Shown in pieces: positions 36,399 through 48,100 of a stretch of 64,000 bases of DNA. Under the pieces are notes generated by a model. The model made no database searches, had not been told where the DNA came from, and saw only the letters and a list, made by a program, of their open reading frames with translations. The translations under genes were made by a program, and so were the position numbers. This stretch comes from a virus (lineage: Duplodnaviria; Caudoviricetes): the IMG/VR virus record IMGVR_UViG_3300012231_000008, positions 4,334-68,333 of that record. One strand, written 5' to 3'. How positions within the stretch are numbered: the stretch's first letter is position 1; every line of letters begins with the position of its first letter.

Positions 36399-39008
36399 AT
36401 GGCGAAATTGCCGACGCGGGAAGATCTCGGCGGCCTCCCCGCCGTTCGTCCCACTGCAGGGTTCTCGCCGCCACCGTTGCGGCCAGTCCGCGCCGATGGC
36501 TCAGCCATCGGGGAAGCGGCAGCTGGCATCGGCAAGCAAATCGCTCACGCAGGCGAAGTGCTCTATCAGCAGGACTTGGCCGCCAAGGAGTTCGAGGCCG
36601 AGCGCAAGTTCCAGGAGTTCAAGTACGGCGAGGAGCAGAGCCTCCAGGAGCAGATGCGCGCGGTCGAGCCGGGGCAGGCCGATGGCTTCGCTGATCGCTG
36701 GGCTGCCGGCTACAAGGAGCGGGCCAGGGGCCTGTTCGCTGGCCTGCCCGAGCAGGTCAAGCCCAAGTATGACCTGAAGCTCTTCGACACCGAGCGCTCG
36801 CTATTCCGCAATTCGGCGAACTTCGCCAGAGAAGAGCAGAAGCGCTACTCCCTCAACACGCTCGAGGACCACAAGAACCGCCTGTCCCTGTCCGATGATC
36901 TCGATCGATCCAAGGCGGACTACGACGAGCTTCTTGCAAAAAACCCGCACCTGACGCCTATCGAGAAGGACGAGGTCGGGCGCAAGCACAAGGATGATCT
37001 CGAGGAGCAGCACGCGGAGCGGCGCATTGGCCGCGGTGATGCAATCGGCATCATCAAGGACTTGGATGTGGATGCTCCCAATAGCGGGATCCGCGCTAGG
37101 CTGATGCAGCGGGAGTCCAGCGGGAAGCCAGACGCCCAGAACAAGCTGGGCTACACGGGCCTGTATCAGTTCGGTGCTCCACGGCTTGCCGATCTCGGCA
37201 TTTACACGCCAGGCGAAGGCGAGAAGGTCGACAGCAAGGAGCGGGGCGGCTGGTCCGGCAACAAGTGGTCCGGCACCTTCAACATCCCCGGCTTCCCCGA
37301 GGTCAAGACGATCGAGGACTTCAAGTCCAATCCCGATGCGCAGAATGCCGCCTTCGGCCGGCACATGGAGTTGACCGACGCAGAGATCGAGAAGCACGGC
37401 CTCTCCAAGTACATCGGCCAGAAGGTCGGCGGCGTCGACATCACCGAGGACGGCTTGCGGGCTATGATCCATCTGGGTGGTGCTGGTGGGGCCAAGAAGG
37501 CGCTGGAGTCCGGCGGCAAGGTCAACCCGGCCGACGACAACGGAACCAGCGTGCTCGAGTACGCCAAGCTCGGGGTTCCGGGCAAAGGTGAGGGTGAGAC
37601 CAGAGTTGCGGACGCTGGCGCGCGGCTCCCCAAGTACGCCAACCTCACCCCAAAGCGCCGCCAGGCGCTGCTCTACAAGGCGCGGCAGTCCCTCTCCTAC
37701 GACATGCAGGATCAAATCAAGTCTGATCGGCAGATGGCGTTGGAGACGGGCGAGGTGCCCAAGGGCGAGGATGGGCTCACCACCCTGCAGCGCGCCGCAC
37801 GCTACGGCATCCTCAACGACAACCAGCTCCGCCGCGCTGAAATCCAGATCGACAATGCGCGCCTGACGCATGGCGCGGTCACGCCGCTCAGCAACATGAC
37901 GGAGGCCGATGCAATTTCGCATATCGGCACGTTTGCTACAGATGCGAAGGCAAACGGCGCCAACGCGGCGTCGATCGCAGCGGCAGAGCGCGCGGCCCAG
38001 ACCGCCCAATCCAAGATCAAGGATCTGCGCAACAGCGATCCGGTCGCTGCTATCTCCGGCGGCAAGCTTCCGGGGTCCGCTCCGCAGATGCGGCCGACGG
38101 AGGACGGGCAGGTCATCGTCGAGACCGGCACCGACAACGATCTACGCTTCCGCCCCGCCCATGAGGTGAACGAGGCGTGGGCATTGATCAAGGCCGCCAA
38201 CGAGCAGCAGCAGAACCCAAGCAAGCTGTTCACCGCCATCAGGACCGATCCTCTCAAGGCACGGGAGATCATGATAGAGGCTAGGCTGCAGGCGCAGGCT
38301 AGGCTGATGCCGGGGGAGGACTACAAGTATCGCATCCTCAGCCGGGATGAGGCCGAGAAGCTTCTGGCCATGCCGAAGGACGTTGATCCGCAGGGGCCTG
38401 ACTTCGTCAAGTACGTCAAGGCTGCCGCAGACAGGGCCGAGCAAGTCTACGGTCCCGCCTACGCCAAGCGGGCGCTGCATGAAGCCATCGCCTTCAAGTT
38501 CAAGAAGACCGATGAGATCACCGCAGCCGACGGCATTGCCGGCAGGGTAATCGGCCAGCTGACGACAGGCTTCGATCTCACGCCGACCGGCATCCACCAG
38601 ATGCGCCGAGACATCGAGCGTCTCCGCAACATGGAAGAGGTTGATCGCGTTGGCAGGGCATTCAACGGCAGCGGTGGCTACCAGGGCGAGGTATCCGGGT
38701 TGACGTTCGGAATGGAGCGCTCGCCGCTTTCGATCGTGTCGCCGAAGGCTTCCTTTGGTGCAGACGGAAGCGTGATTTCACGCGGGCCGTCCGCAAACAC
38801 CGACACCCTGACCGGCATCACAGGCTACGCCGAAGAGGGTGCGCGGAGAGGTGCAGGCGTGGTCCCGGATAAGACCAAGGCGGGACCGATGCCAGAAGAC
38901 CTCGAGTGGGCAGCGCAGAACCCAAAAGCGCGCCAGAGGGCTTTTGACGAGCGTTTCGGCGATGGCGCCTTCGCCCGCGAGATGAAGAAGCGCCAGAACA
39001 AGCAGTGA
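36399..39008 (+). CDS. Ejection protein with lytic transglycosylase-like domain
   Basis: QRESSG (Glu at 37113) and GLYQF motifs within long helical protein. Confidence 0.8.
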   Translation: MAKLPTREDLGGLPAVRPTAGFSPPPLRPVRADGSAIGEAAAGIGKQIAHAGEVLYQQDLAAKEFEAERKFQEFKYGEEQSLQEQMRAVEPGQADGFADRWAAGYKERARGLFAGLPEQVKPKYDLKLFDTERSLFRNSANFAREEQKRYSLNTLEDHKNRLSLSDDLDRSKADYDELLAKNPHLTPIEKDEVGRKHKDDLEEQHAERRIGRGDAIGIIKDLDVDAPNSGIRARLMQRESSGKPDAQNKLGYTGLYQFGAPRLADLGIYTPGEGEKVDSKERGGWSGNKWSGTFNIPGFPEVKTIEDFKSNPDAQNAAFGRHMELTDAEIEKHGLSKYIGQKVGGVDITEDGLRAMIHLGGAGGAKKALESGGKVNPADDNGTSVLEYAKLGVPGKGEGETRVADAGARLPKYANLTPKRRQALLYKARQSLSYDMQDQIKSDRQMALETGEVPKGEDGLTTLQRAARYGILNDNQLRRAEIQIDNARLTHGAVTPLSNMTEADAISHIGTFATDAKANGANAASIAAAERAAQTAQSKIKDLRNSDPVAAISGGKLPGSAPQMRPTEDGQVIVETGTDNDLRFRPAHEVNEAWALIKAANEQQQNPSKLFTAIRTDPLKAREIMIEARLQAQARLMPGEDYKYRILSRDEAEKLLAMPKDVDPQGPDFVKYVKAAADRAEQVYGPAYAKRALHEAIAFKFKKTDEITAADGIAGRVIGQLTTGFDLTPTGIHQMRRDIERLRNMEEVDRVGRAFNGSGGYQGEVSGLTFGMERSPLSIVSPKASFGADGSVISRGPSANTDTLTGITGYAEEGARRGAGVVPDKTKAGPMPEDLEWAAQNPKARQRAFDERFGDGAFAREMKKRQNKQ

Positions 39009-39179
39009 TCACTTCTGGCTTGTGAAGTGGGCGATCCACATCCAGACGACCATCGCCATCACGGCAGCGAAGCCACCGTATTTCGCTGCATCGGCGCCGA
39101 GCACGCCAGAGCCGAGAATGTGCACGGCGGCCAATAGACCGACCAGTGGCAGCACGTACACCAGCAAGATCCTTTGCAT
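39009..39179 (-). CDS. 56-aa two-TM membrane protein on opposite strand (not in ORF track)
   Basis: MQRILLVYVLPLVGLLAAVHILG...FAAVMAMVVWMWIAHF fills the gap between two ejection genes. Confidence 0.65.
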   Translation of the reverse strand: MQRILLVYVLPLVGLLAAVHILGSGVLGADAAKYGGFAAVMAMVVWMWIAHFTSQK

Positions 39180-39195
39180 GGCCTGAAAGGCTACT

Positions 39196-42100
39196 ATGGC
39201 TGACCGCGAAGATCAACTCGACCCGCAGATCACCGAAGTCGATGAGACCCCGCCGTGGGCGGCGAGAGACACAGAACAGGCGGCTCCTCCACCCGAGGAG
39301 CCGCCTGTTGGCGTTTCTGAGACGGCAAGGCAGCTCGAGAGCGAGGGCTTCTTTGACCGCATGGCATTCAAGAAGTCGATCGACGACGCTGCGGCGCGCT
39401 CCGAGGCTGTCGCCAAGTCGGCCGGGTCGCAGGGCATTCTCGGCGAGAGCTTCGGCCTTCTGACGCCAGGAGAGTCGCGGGCATGGCTGAAGGAAGCGCG
39501 CACGGAGTTCGACGCCAAGGAGCAGCGCTGGGCGGAGTTCCGCTCCGGTCCCATTGAGCGTGGCCGGGCCAACGTCGAGGGTATGTTCGGCGACAAGTTC
39601 GCCGAGGCAACCAAGCCGACGCTGGAGGGTGCCGACGCCGACGTCGCCAAGCAGCGCGCAAAGCGCGGCCGTGAACTCTCCGAGATGGAGGCTGGAACCC
39701 GCGCGCCAGCGATGAAGACGCCGCTGCGGTCTGCAGTCGAGAACGTGCCCCAGGGCGCAATCGATCTCGCCGGCAGCATCGTCAAGGGCGTCGGCATCGG
39801 GGCCGGGTTCGCAGGCCGCGAGCTCGGCATGGACATCGCCCCCGACGACAACACCACCTATTCGCTGGGCAAGTGGATCGAAGCCAAGGGCAAGGAGCTA
39901 TTCCCTGGTGACATAGCTCGGCAGGAGGAGTTCACCCAGAAGCTGGCCCATGGCGCGGGCTCCATGATCGGGTTCTATGGCCCCGCTATCGCCGGCAAGC
40001 TGATTGGCGCCTCCGACAAGGCACTGATCGGCATCACCATGGCGACGGGCTCGCTGGCCGAAGGCTCGGAGACATACGAGCAGGCGCTCCAATCGGCCAA
40101 GGCTGGTCGCGATGTAAGCGAGGGTGCCAAGGCACTGGCGTTCATGGGCGGCCTAATTCTCGGCACGTGGGAAGCCCTGCCCATCGCACATATGTTCAAC
40201 CGTCGCATGGGCCTTGCCCGCGGCATGGCTATCCAGGGCCTTGAGGAAGGCCTGCAGGAAGGCGGCCAGACGCTCGGCGAGAACGTCATTGCCCAGACGC
40301 TGCATGATCCAGAGCGCCCGCTCACGCAAGGCGTGGGCGAGAGCATGGCGATCGGCAGCATTCTCGGCACCTTCATGCAGGGTGCGCAATACGCGGCATC
40401 CAAGCAGGCGAGGGTGCAGGCGAGGCCGCAGCCAGCGCCGGCGGCTACTCCTACGCCAGCCGTAGAGCCCCCGGCTGAGCCGGAGAAGCCCAAGCAGGAA
40501 ACCCCTGCCAATGCTTACGACGTCAAGCAGTTCTACGACGGGACCGAGGAGCCCAGCGCGGCCCTTGGCATCGCGGCGATGGCGGTGCGGAAGACGCCAG
40601 AGACGCCCGAGGATGAGCAACCATCCCTCGCCGACGAGATCGCCGCGGCCCAGCCGCAGCTCGAGCCCTGGCAGCAGAAGCTCTCCGAGACGCTGGTCGA
40701 GATCGCCAAGCAGACGGAGGCCAACCGTCCCGCGCTTGAACAGGATGTGGAAGCCAACCTGCCAACGTATACATCCGCCATCAAGGACGTGTACGCTGGG
40801 CACGGGTTGCCCTACGCCCTTGCGGACGATGCCGTTCGCAGCGTCGCCATCAACATGGCGCAAGGCCTAACCGCAGAGGAGGCGCTGAAGCGCTATGCCG
40901 CAGAAGGCTACGAGCAAGAAAGGGCGCCCCGCGCCCAAGGCGCGGGAACCAGCCCAACCTCTGCTGACGCCCGAGGAGCACGCCAAGGCAGCCCAGCAGC
41001 TCCGGGAGTGGGCAGCCTCGGAGACCGACTCCAAAGCAGCGCAGCGGCTCTACAGTCTGGCGGACCTAAACGAGGCGTTCAGCAAGCCGACGTCTCCGAC
41101 TACGAGCAACACTACCAGCGGGCTCTGAGGGCGAGCTTCCGGGCGATCGTCGCTTCCAGGCGACCCGCCAACGAATGGGGCAAGTTCCTCAAGCTCAAAC
41201 CGGACGAACTGAAGGCGCTGGTAGATGAGGCTGTGCGGGATGGACTGCTCAGGATCGACCGCAATGGCGTGATCCGGCGCACCAAGCTCGCCAAGGTCGC
41301 GCCCAAGGAAACGCCGATCCGCCCCGGCGAAGACATCGCCAACACCCCGCCAGATATCCGAGCGCGCGACGCCATCGCCAAGCGTGAGGAAGAGACCGGC
41401 AAGCAAATCGCACCCGACGTTCGCCGTTGGGCGCAGAACATCGAAGAGACTATCGGCCGGCCGGCGTTTGCCGAACAGATGTCGCTCATGCGGGAGGCGG
41501 CCCGCACGGGCGAGCTATCCCTGGCCGACATGCTCGACCTGACCGCCATGGTCGGGCTGCGGGATATCATTGTCGCTGGCAAAAACATCCAACTGTCCAA
41601 GATGACGAAGGCTGGGGCGCTTCTGGCCATCCAGCGCAAGCACGACATGCGGGTGCAGGAGCGGCAGGCTGCCATTGCCGCCGCCAAGTTCGAGTTCGAT
41701 ACCGGCATCAAGGCCATGGCGGTCAAGCGCCCTGGTCTGCCCGATGAGCGCGTGCGGCGCGGGATCGAGCGCAGCCGCATGGCTGACACTCTCCGCCAAC
41801 TGGCGACGGACGCCGGGGCAGCCCTCGGCGACGAAGCGGCGTTCCCGGCGGTGTTGCGGCGTTTGAAGGCCGCCGCAAAGAAGATGTCCAAGGCGGACGC
41901 CCTTGAACTTGCCAGACTTGTTGGCTATCAACCAAAATCGCGCACCACTAAGGCGCAGGCGCTCCAGTCGATTACGCTGCGCCATCAGGACATTGTAGAA
42001 AGCCGCGCACAGGCGCAAGCTATCGCCGAGGCTCAGGAGGCCGCCAATGCCGAGCGCCAAGCACTTCTCCAGTCTCAGGGAGCAGTACCTGAAGGAGAGC

Positions 42101-45100
42101 TTCCCGAAGGCGTATCAGAAACTGCAGGCGTCGGGGGAACTGGCGGAGCACCTGGAGCAGGTGGGCCAGGAGGCGGACGAGATGTGGCACGACCTGGAAG
42201 CCCAGATGTCGACGGCCAAGGATCTCCCGGAGAACTATCTGGAGAGGGTGCAGGAACTCGAGACGATACCCGAGAAGGTGCGCGAGATGGTGACGCGGGA
42301 ACTGATCTACGTTCCGCCCGCCCAGTCGTAGACACTGCGGCAGTCCGCGCCCAAGTCGAGGCCGACGCCGCCCGCGCCGAGCAGGCCCGCGCCGATCGCG
42401 TCGCCAACAACTACACCATCACCGACGCCGACGAGATCGGCAAGGGCGGCCCCAAGGCCAAGGTGCGCGCCAATCTGGCGGCCATCCGAACGCTGCGCCA
42501 GATCGAGGAAGAGAAGCGCCCGGCAACAGCCGGGGAGAAGAAAGTCCTCGTCAAGTACGTGGGCTGGGGCGCCTTCGCTCAGGACGTGTTCGCCACCCAC
42601 AAGCCTGAATGGGCCAAAGAGCGGGCAGAGTTGCAGAACCTTCTCAGCCCCGAGGAATACAAGTCCGCCCGCGCCTCCACCCTCAATGCCCATTTCACCT
42701 CGCCCGAGGTCATCAAGGGCATGTGGTCGGCGCTGGAATGGCTTGGCTTCAAGGGCGGCCGCGCCATCGAGCCGGCAGCCGGCATCGGCCACTTCATCGG
42801 CCTGCAGCCAGAGAACATGCGCGCGGATACCAACTGGACCGCGGTAGAGCTCGACAAGATATCCGGCGGCATCACCAAGGCGCTCTATGGCGCCTCCGAT
42901 GTGCGCGTGGGCGGGTTTGAGGAACAGGTTTGGCCCGACAACTACTTCGACCTGGCCGTCTCCAACGTGCCGTTCGGTGACTTCAAGATCGAGGATACCG
43001 AGCGCAAGGGTTACCTGATCCATGACTACTTCTTCGTCAAGGCGCTCGCCAAGGTGCGCCCCGGCGGCATCGTTGCGTTCATCACGTCTGCCGGCACGCT
43101 CGACAAGCAGGGCGGCGCGGCGCGGCGCGCCATGGACAAGCAGGGCACGTTCCTGGGCGCCATCCGCCTTCCCGGTGGCAACAAGGGCGCCTTCAAGGCC
43201 AACGCCGGAACGGACGTCACGACCGACATCGTCTTCTTCCGCAAGCGCATCCCCGGTGAACCCGTCGATGTGAACTCCGAGTGGCGTGATCTAGCCGAGG
43301 TCAATACGCCAGAGGGCAAGACCAGCATCAACGGCTACTTCGCCGCCAATCCCAAGATGATGCTTGGGAAGATGCGCCTCATCGGCACCATGTACGGCAA
43401 GGGCGAGCCGGTCCTGATCGGGCCGACCGACAACCTTGAATCCAGCATCGCCGAGGCTGCCCAGCGCATGCCCGAGGATGCCATGCTGCCGGCGACGACG
43501 TCGGCCGCGGCCTTCGAGGAGAAGGTAGACACCGAGGTCGATGCGATCAAGGAAGGCGCGTTCTATGCCAAGGACGGCCAGATCTTCCGCAAGATCACTG
43601 GCGTCGGCCATCCCCAGAAGCTGAACAAGGCCAACGCCGAGCGCGTCACCGGATTCATTGGTATGCGCGATACCGTCAACCGCATGCTGGCGATCCAGAG
43701 CGGCGCGGCCAAGGCCGCCGACGGCGAGATGGACAGTCTGCGGGCCGCTCTCAACGCGGACTACGACGCGTTCGTCAAGAAGTTCGGGCCGATCAACCTC
43801 ACCCACATCACCGAGACCAAGCGCAAGAAAGACGGCAAGGTCATCACGACCAGGCGCATGCCGAACTTCTCGCCGATCGAGGACGATAACGACGCCTACA
43901 AGGTGAAGGCGCTCGAGGTTTACGACGAGAAGACGCAGAAGGCCACAAAGGCTGCCATCTTCACCGAGGACGTTGTCGGTTCCTATACCCGCCCAGCCGT
44001 GACCGGCCCGTCCGACGCGCTCGCCGTATCTCTCAATGAGACGGGCCGCGTCGACATGGCGCTGATTGCCGATCAGCTTGGCGTCGGCGAAGCGGAAGCC
44101 GCAGCCGTTCTCGGTGATCGCGTATACCAGAACCCGGCGGGAGGCCAGTGGCAGACCGCAGCGCAGTACCTATCCGGCGACGTCGTCAAGAAGCTGGCGG
44201 ATGCGAAGGCCTCGGCAGAGCTTGACGAGAGCTATGCTCGCAACGTGACGGCCCTGGAGGAAGTGCAGCCCGAGCCTCTCTCGCGCGCCGAGATCACCGT
44301 GCCGTTCGGCGCCTCATGGGTGCCGGCTGAGGTGTATGAGGCGTTCCTGCAGGATGTTGTAGGTTCGGAGTTCAAGGTCACGCTCAACGAGGTGACAAAG
44401 CAGTGGCGCGTGGCGCAGTCCCGTCGTTCGTCGGAAGCAGCGCAAGCGCAGTGGGGAACCGACCGCAAGAGCGTTGGCGAGATCGTCGAGGCGGCGCTCA
44501 ACTCCAAGCCGATCATCATCACCGACAAGCAGCGCGATGGTAACTCTGTCCGCGACATAGCGGGCGAGACGGCGGCCCGCGCCAAGGTCGAGCTACTGCG
44601 CGAGGCATTCACCGGCCAGACCTTCCCCGGCGCTCCGGCGGCCGTCGGCGGCTGGGTGTGGAATGACGATGCCCGCGCCATGCGTCTCGAGGAGCTTTAC
44701 AACCTGGGCTTCAACCGCATCGTCAAAGAAGATCATGACGGCGCGCATGCGACGTTCCCTGGAGTGGCGCGCGTTGTTACCTTCCCCGATGGCGCCACCG
44801 GCACCATCAACCTGACGCCGGCCCGCACCAGCGCAATCTGGCGCATCATCCAGAACGGCAACACGCTGATCGACCACGTCGTCGGCGCCGGCAAGACCTG
44901 GACTTCCATCATGGCCGTGATGGAGATGAAGCGGCTCGGCATGGTTCGCCGGCCCATGTTCGTCGTGCCGAACCACATGCTGCATCAGTTCTCCAATGAG
45001 TTCCTGCAGGCGTATCCGGCTGCCAAGTTGCTGGTAGCGACCAAGGACAACATGAGCGCTGCAAAGCGCAAGGAGTTCGCCGCCAAGGCTGCTGCCGAGA

Positions 45101-48100
45101 AGTGGGACGGCATCATCATCACGCATAGCGCGTTTGGCCGCCTACGCATGCGCGATGAGGCCTACGTCGCGTACTACGAAGAAGCCATCGAGAGGATGAT
45201 CGAGGCCAAGGATCGGGCTGCCACAGAGGAAGGCAAGGATAGCGCCACAGTCAAGGACATCGAGAAGGCGCGCAAGCGGCTGAAGGCCAAGCTCGAGAAG
45301 TTCACGGCTAAGGAAAAGAAGGATCTCGGCATCACCTTCGAGGAGCTGGGCGTCGACCATCTCACGGTGGACGAAGCGCACCTCTTCAAGAACCTGTGGT
45401 TCCCGACCAGGCATACGCGCGTGCGCGGCATCTCCAACGCGACCGAGAGCCAGCGCGCGACCGATCTCTACATCAAGATCAGGAACCTGGAGAAGTCCAA
45501 GCCAGGACGCTCGACGCTGTTCCTAACGGGAACGCCGCTGTCGAACACGATGGCGGAAGTCTACACCATGATGCGCTACCTGCAGCACGATACGCTGGAG
45601 GAGTACGGCATCGGCGAGTTCGATAGCTGGGCGCAGACGTTCGGCAACATCAAAACCAAGACCGAGCTGGCCCCGAACGGACGCGACTTCCGAGACACCA
45701 CGTCGTTCGGCGAGTTCGTGAATATCCCCGAGCTGGCCACGCTCTACGGGCGCATTGCCGACACGCAGACGGCTGAGAGCCTGAAACTGCCGCGGCCCAA
45801 GCTGAAGGGCGACAAGCCCATCGTTGTCGAGACCGAGCTTGCCCCGAGCGAGGAGCAGTTCGTTCAAGACCTGATCGCCAAGATGGAGTCGCTGAAGGGT
45901 AAGAGACCAGAGCGCGGCTCCCCCAATTTCCTCAGCCTGTTCACACAGGGATTGCAGGTCGGAACTGACTTCCGGCTGGTCGACCCGAGCGCGTCGTACA
46001 ATCCCAACGGCAAGATCGCCAAGGCGGTCGACAACATCTTCTCCGTCTGGGAGCGCGGCAACAAAGACGAGAAGACGCCCGACAAGGCGCAGCTCGTGTT
46101 CCTCGACATGGGTGTGCCCGGTTCCAAGGGAGGCAAGCGCATAGCGGCCAAGGCCGCCGAGGCGACGGAAGAGCCTATCGATGCCGTGCGCCGCGGGCTG
46201 GCCGACGTCGAGGAAGACGCTGGCGAGCAGCTACAGGAAGAGGCCAGCGAGGAAGATGCCGAGGCCGAGGCTCTCCTAGCCGGCAAGTTCAACCTCTACC
46301 AGGACATCAAGGATCACCTGATCGAGCGCGGCATCCCCGCCGATCAGATCGCCTTCATCCACGACGCCAAGAACGACGAGCAGAAGGCCAAGCTGTTCGA
46401 CGCGGTGCGCGAGGGCAAGGTGCGTATTCTGCTGGGCTCGTCCGCCAAGATGGGCGTCGGCACCAACGTGCAGAAGCGTCTGGTTGCCATGCATCACATC
46501 GATGCGCCGTGGAAGCCTGCCGACGTTGAGCAGCGTGACGGCCGCATCCTTCGCCAGGGCAACAAGAACCCCGAAATCGAAATCTACCGCTACGTGACCA
46601 AGCGGAGCTTCGACAGCTACCGCTGGCAGATCCTGGAGAACAAGAGCCACTTCATTGGCCAGTTCCGGGCCGGCGCCCGCGGCGTGCGCATTGCGACCGA
46701 TATCGATGCGCCATTGCCGGAGGCAGCCGAGCTCAAAGCAGCGGCCACGGGCGACCCGCGTATCATCGAACATGCCGATCTGTCGCGTGAGGTGCGCGTG
46801 CTTGATGCACAGCGAGCAGCCCATCTGGGTGGCGCCGTGCGTGCCAAGTCCGCTCTGGTGCAGGCGAGAGCGCGCATTGAGTCGATGCGCAAGCACCTGG
46901 AGGTCTACAACCAGGACGCAGCCAAGGTTCGGGACCTCAAGGGCGACAACTTCAGCGTCGCACTGGACCTCGCCAAGGGCACGCAGACCGTTACCGAGCG
47001 CAAGAAGGCCGGCGAGGCGGTCAAGGCCTACCTGACGTCGCTGGCGGAGCGTTCCTACTACGGTGCGCAGGACTTCGACCTGGGCGAAATCTCCGGGTTT
47101 CGGATGCAGGGCAAGGTGCGGAAGGACTCGTTCGGAGATGGTTTCGTCGTCAAACCGGAAATCTCCTTTGCTGGCACCTACGAAGGCCAGGAGTTCGCCC
47201 TCAATGCCGAGACCAATCCCGTCACCCTGATCCAGCGCTACGAGCGGCTGGCTGGCACGCCCCTGGAGCGCCAGGCCGCCGCCAATGCCACCGTTGCCGG
47301 CCTTGAGCAGGAAATCCCCAAGCTCGAGGCGAAGACCGCAGCCACGGCCTTCCCGAAGGAAGCTGAGCTAGCCGACAAGCGCAAGCGGCTGAATGATCTC
47401 GAGCGAGCGCTGCGGCCTAGAGACCCGGCGGCGCAAGCCAGCGAGGACGCCTACGTCGAGCAGGCGATGCGCAACCTCAAGGCCACCAGCCGCACGGCGG
47501 CAGGCGTGGTCGACACCTCAGCATCTGCCGGCAAGGCTGGCCAGATGGCGGAGGGACTGACCGGCGAGGGCGCGGCTGCCGCGGCAACCCGCAACTTCGA
47601 AGGGGTGATCCGCAGCATCTACCGCAATCGCGACCGGATCGCGGGCCTATCCGCACGGGAGCTTGCCCAGGAGATCGACCAGATCGCGATCGCCATCAAC
47701 AAGGGCATCCTGAAGGAAGGCGCGCTCTACCGTGCCGACGACTCGACCAAGTTCCCGTACACGGCGGTGGCGGACCTTGGGGCGGCGCACCAGCAGTTCG
47801 CCCAGGAACTGAGCCAGCGTCTCAACGATCCCAATGCCGATCCGGTCGAGACCGCGGCATGGGTCGAGTGGCGCGCGAACCTCACGGATCACTTCTGGGC
47901 CGACGGCGTGGGCAAGACCAGCAAGGCACTGGCTGCCATCCCCTTGATGCGCGCCAACCAGCCCTTGCCGCTGTACCGGAGCAACAAGGAGTTCTTCGCA
48001 AACGCCAGCCGGCAGCAATACAACCCAAGCGAGGGTGGCAGTGCCTATCGCGATGCGGCATTCGACAAGTTCGTCGATTACTACCGCAGCCTGATGCCGG

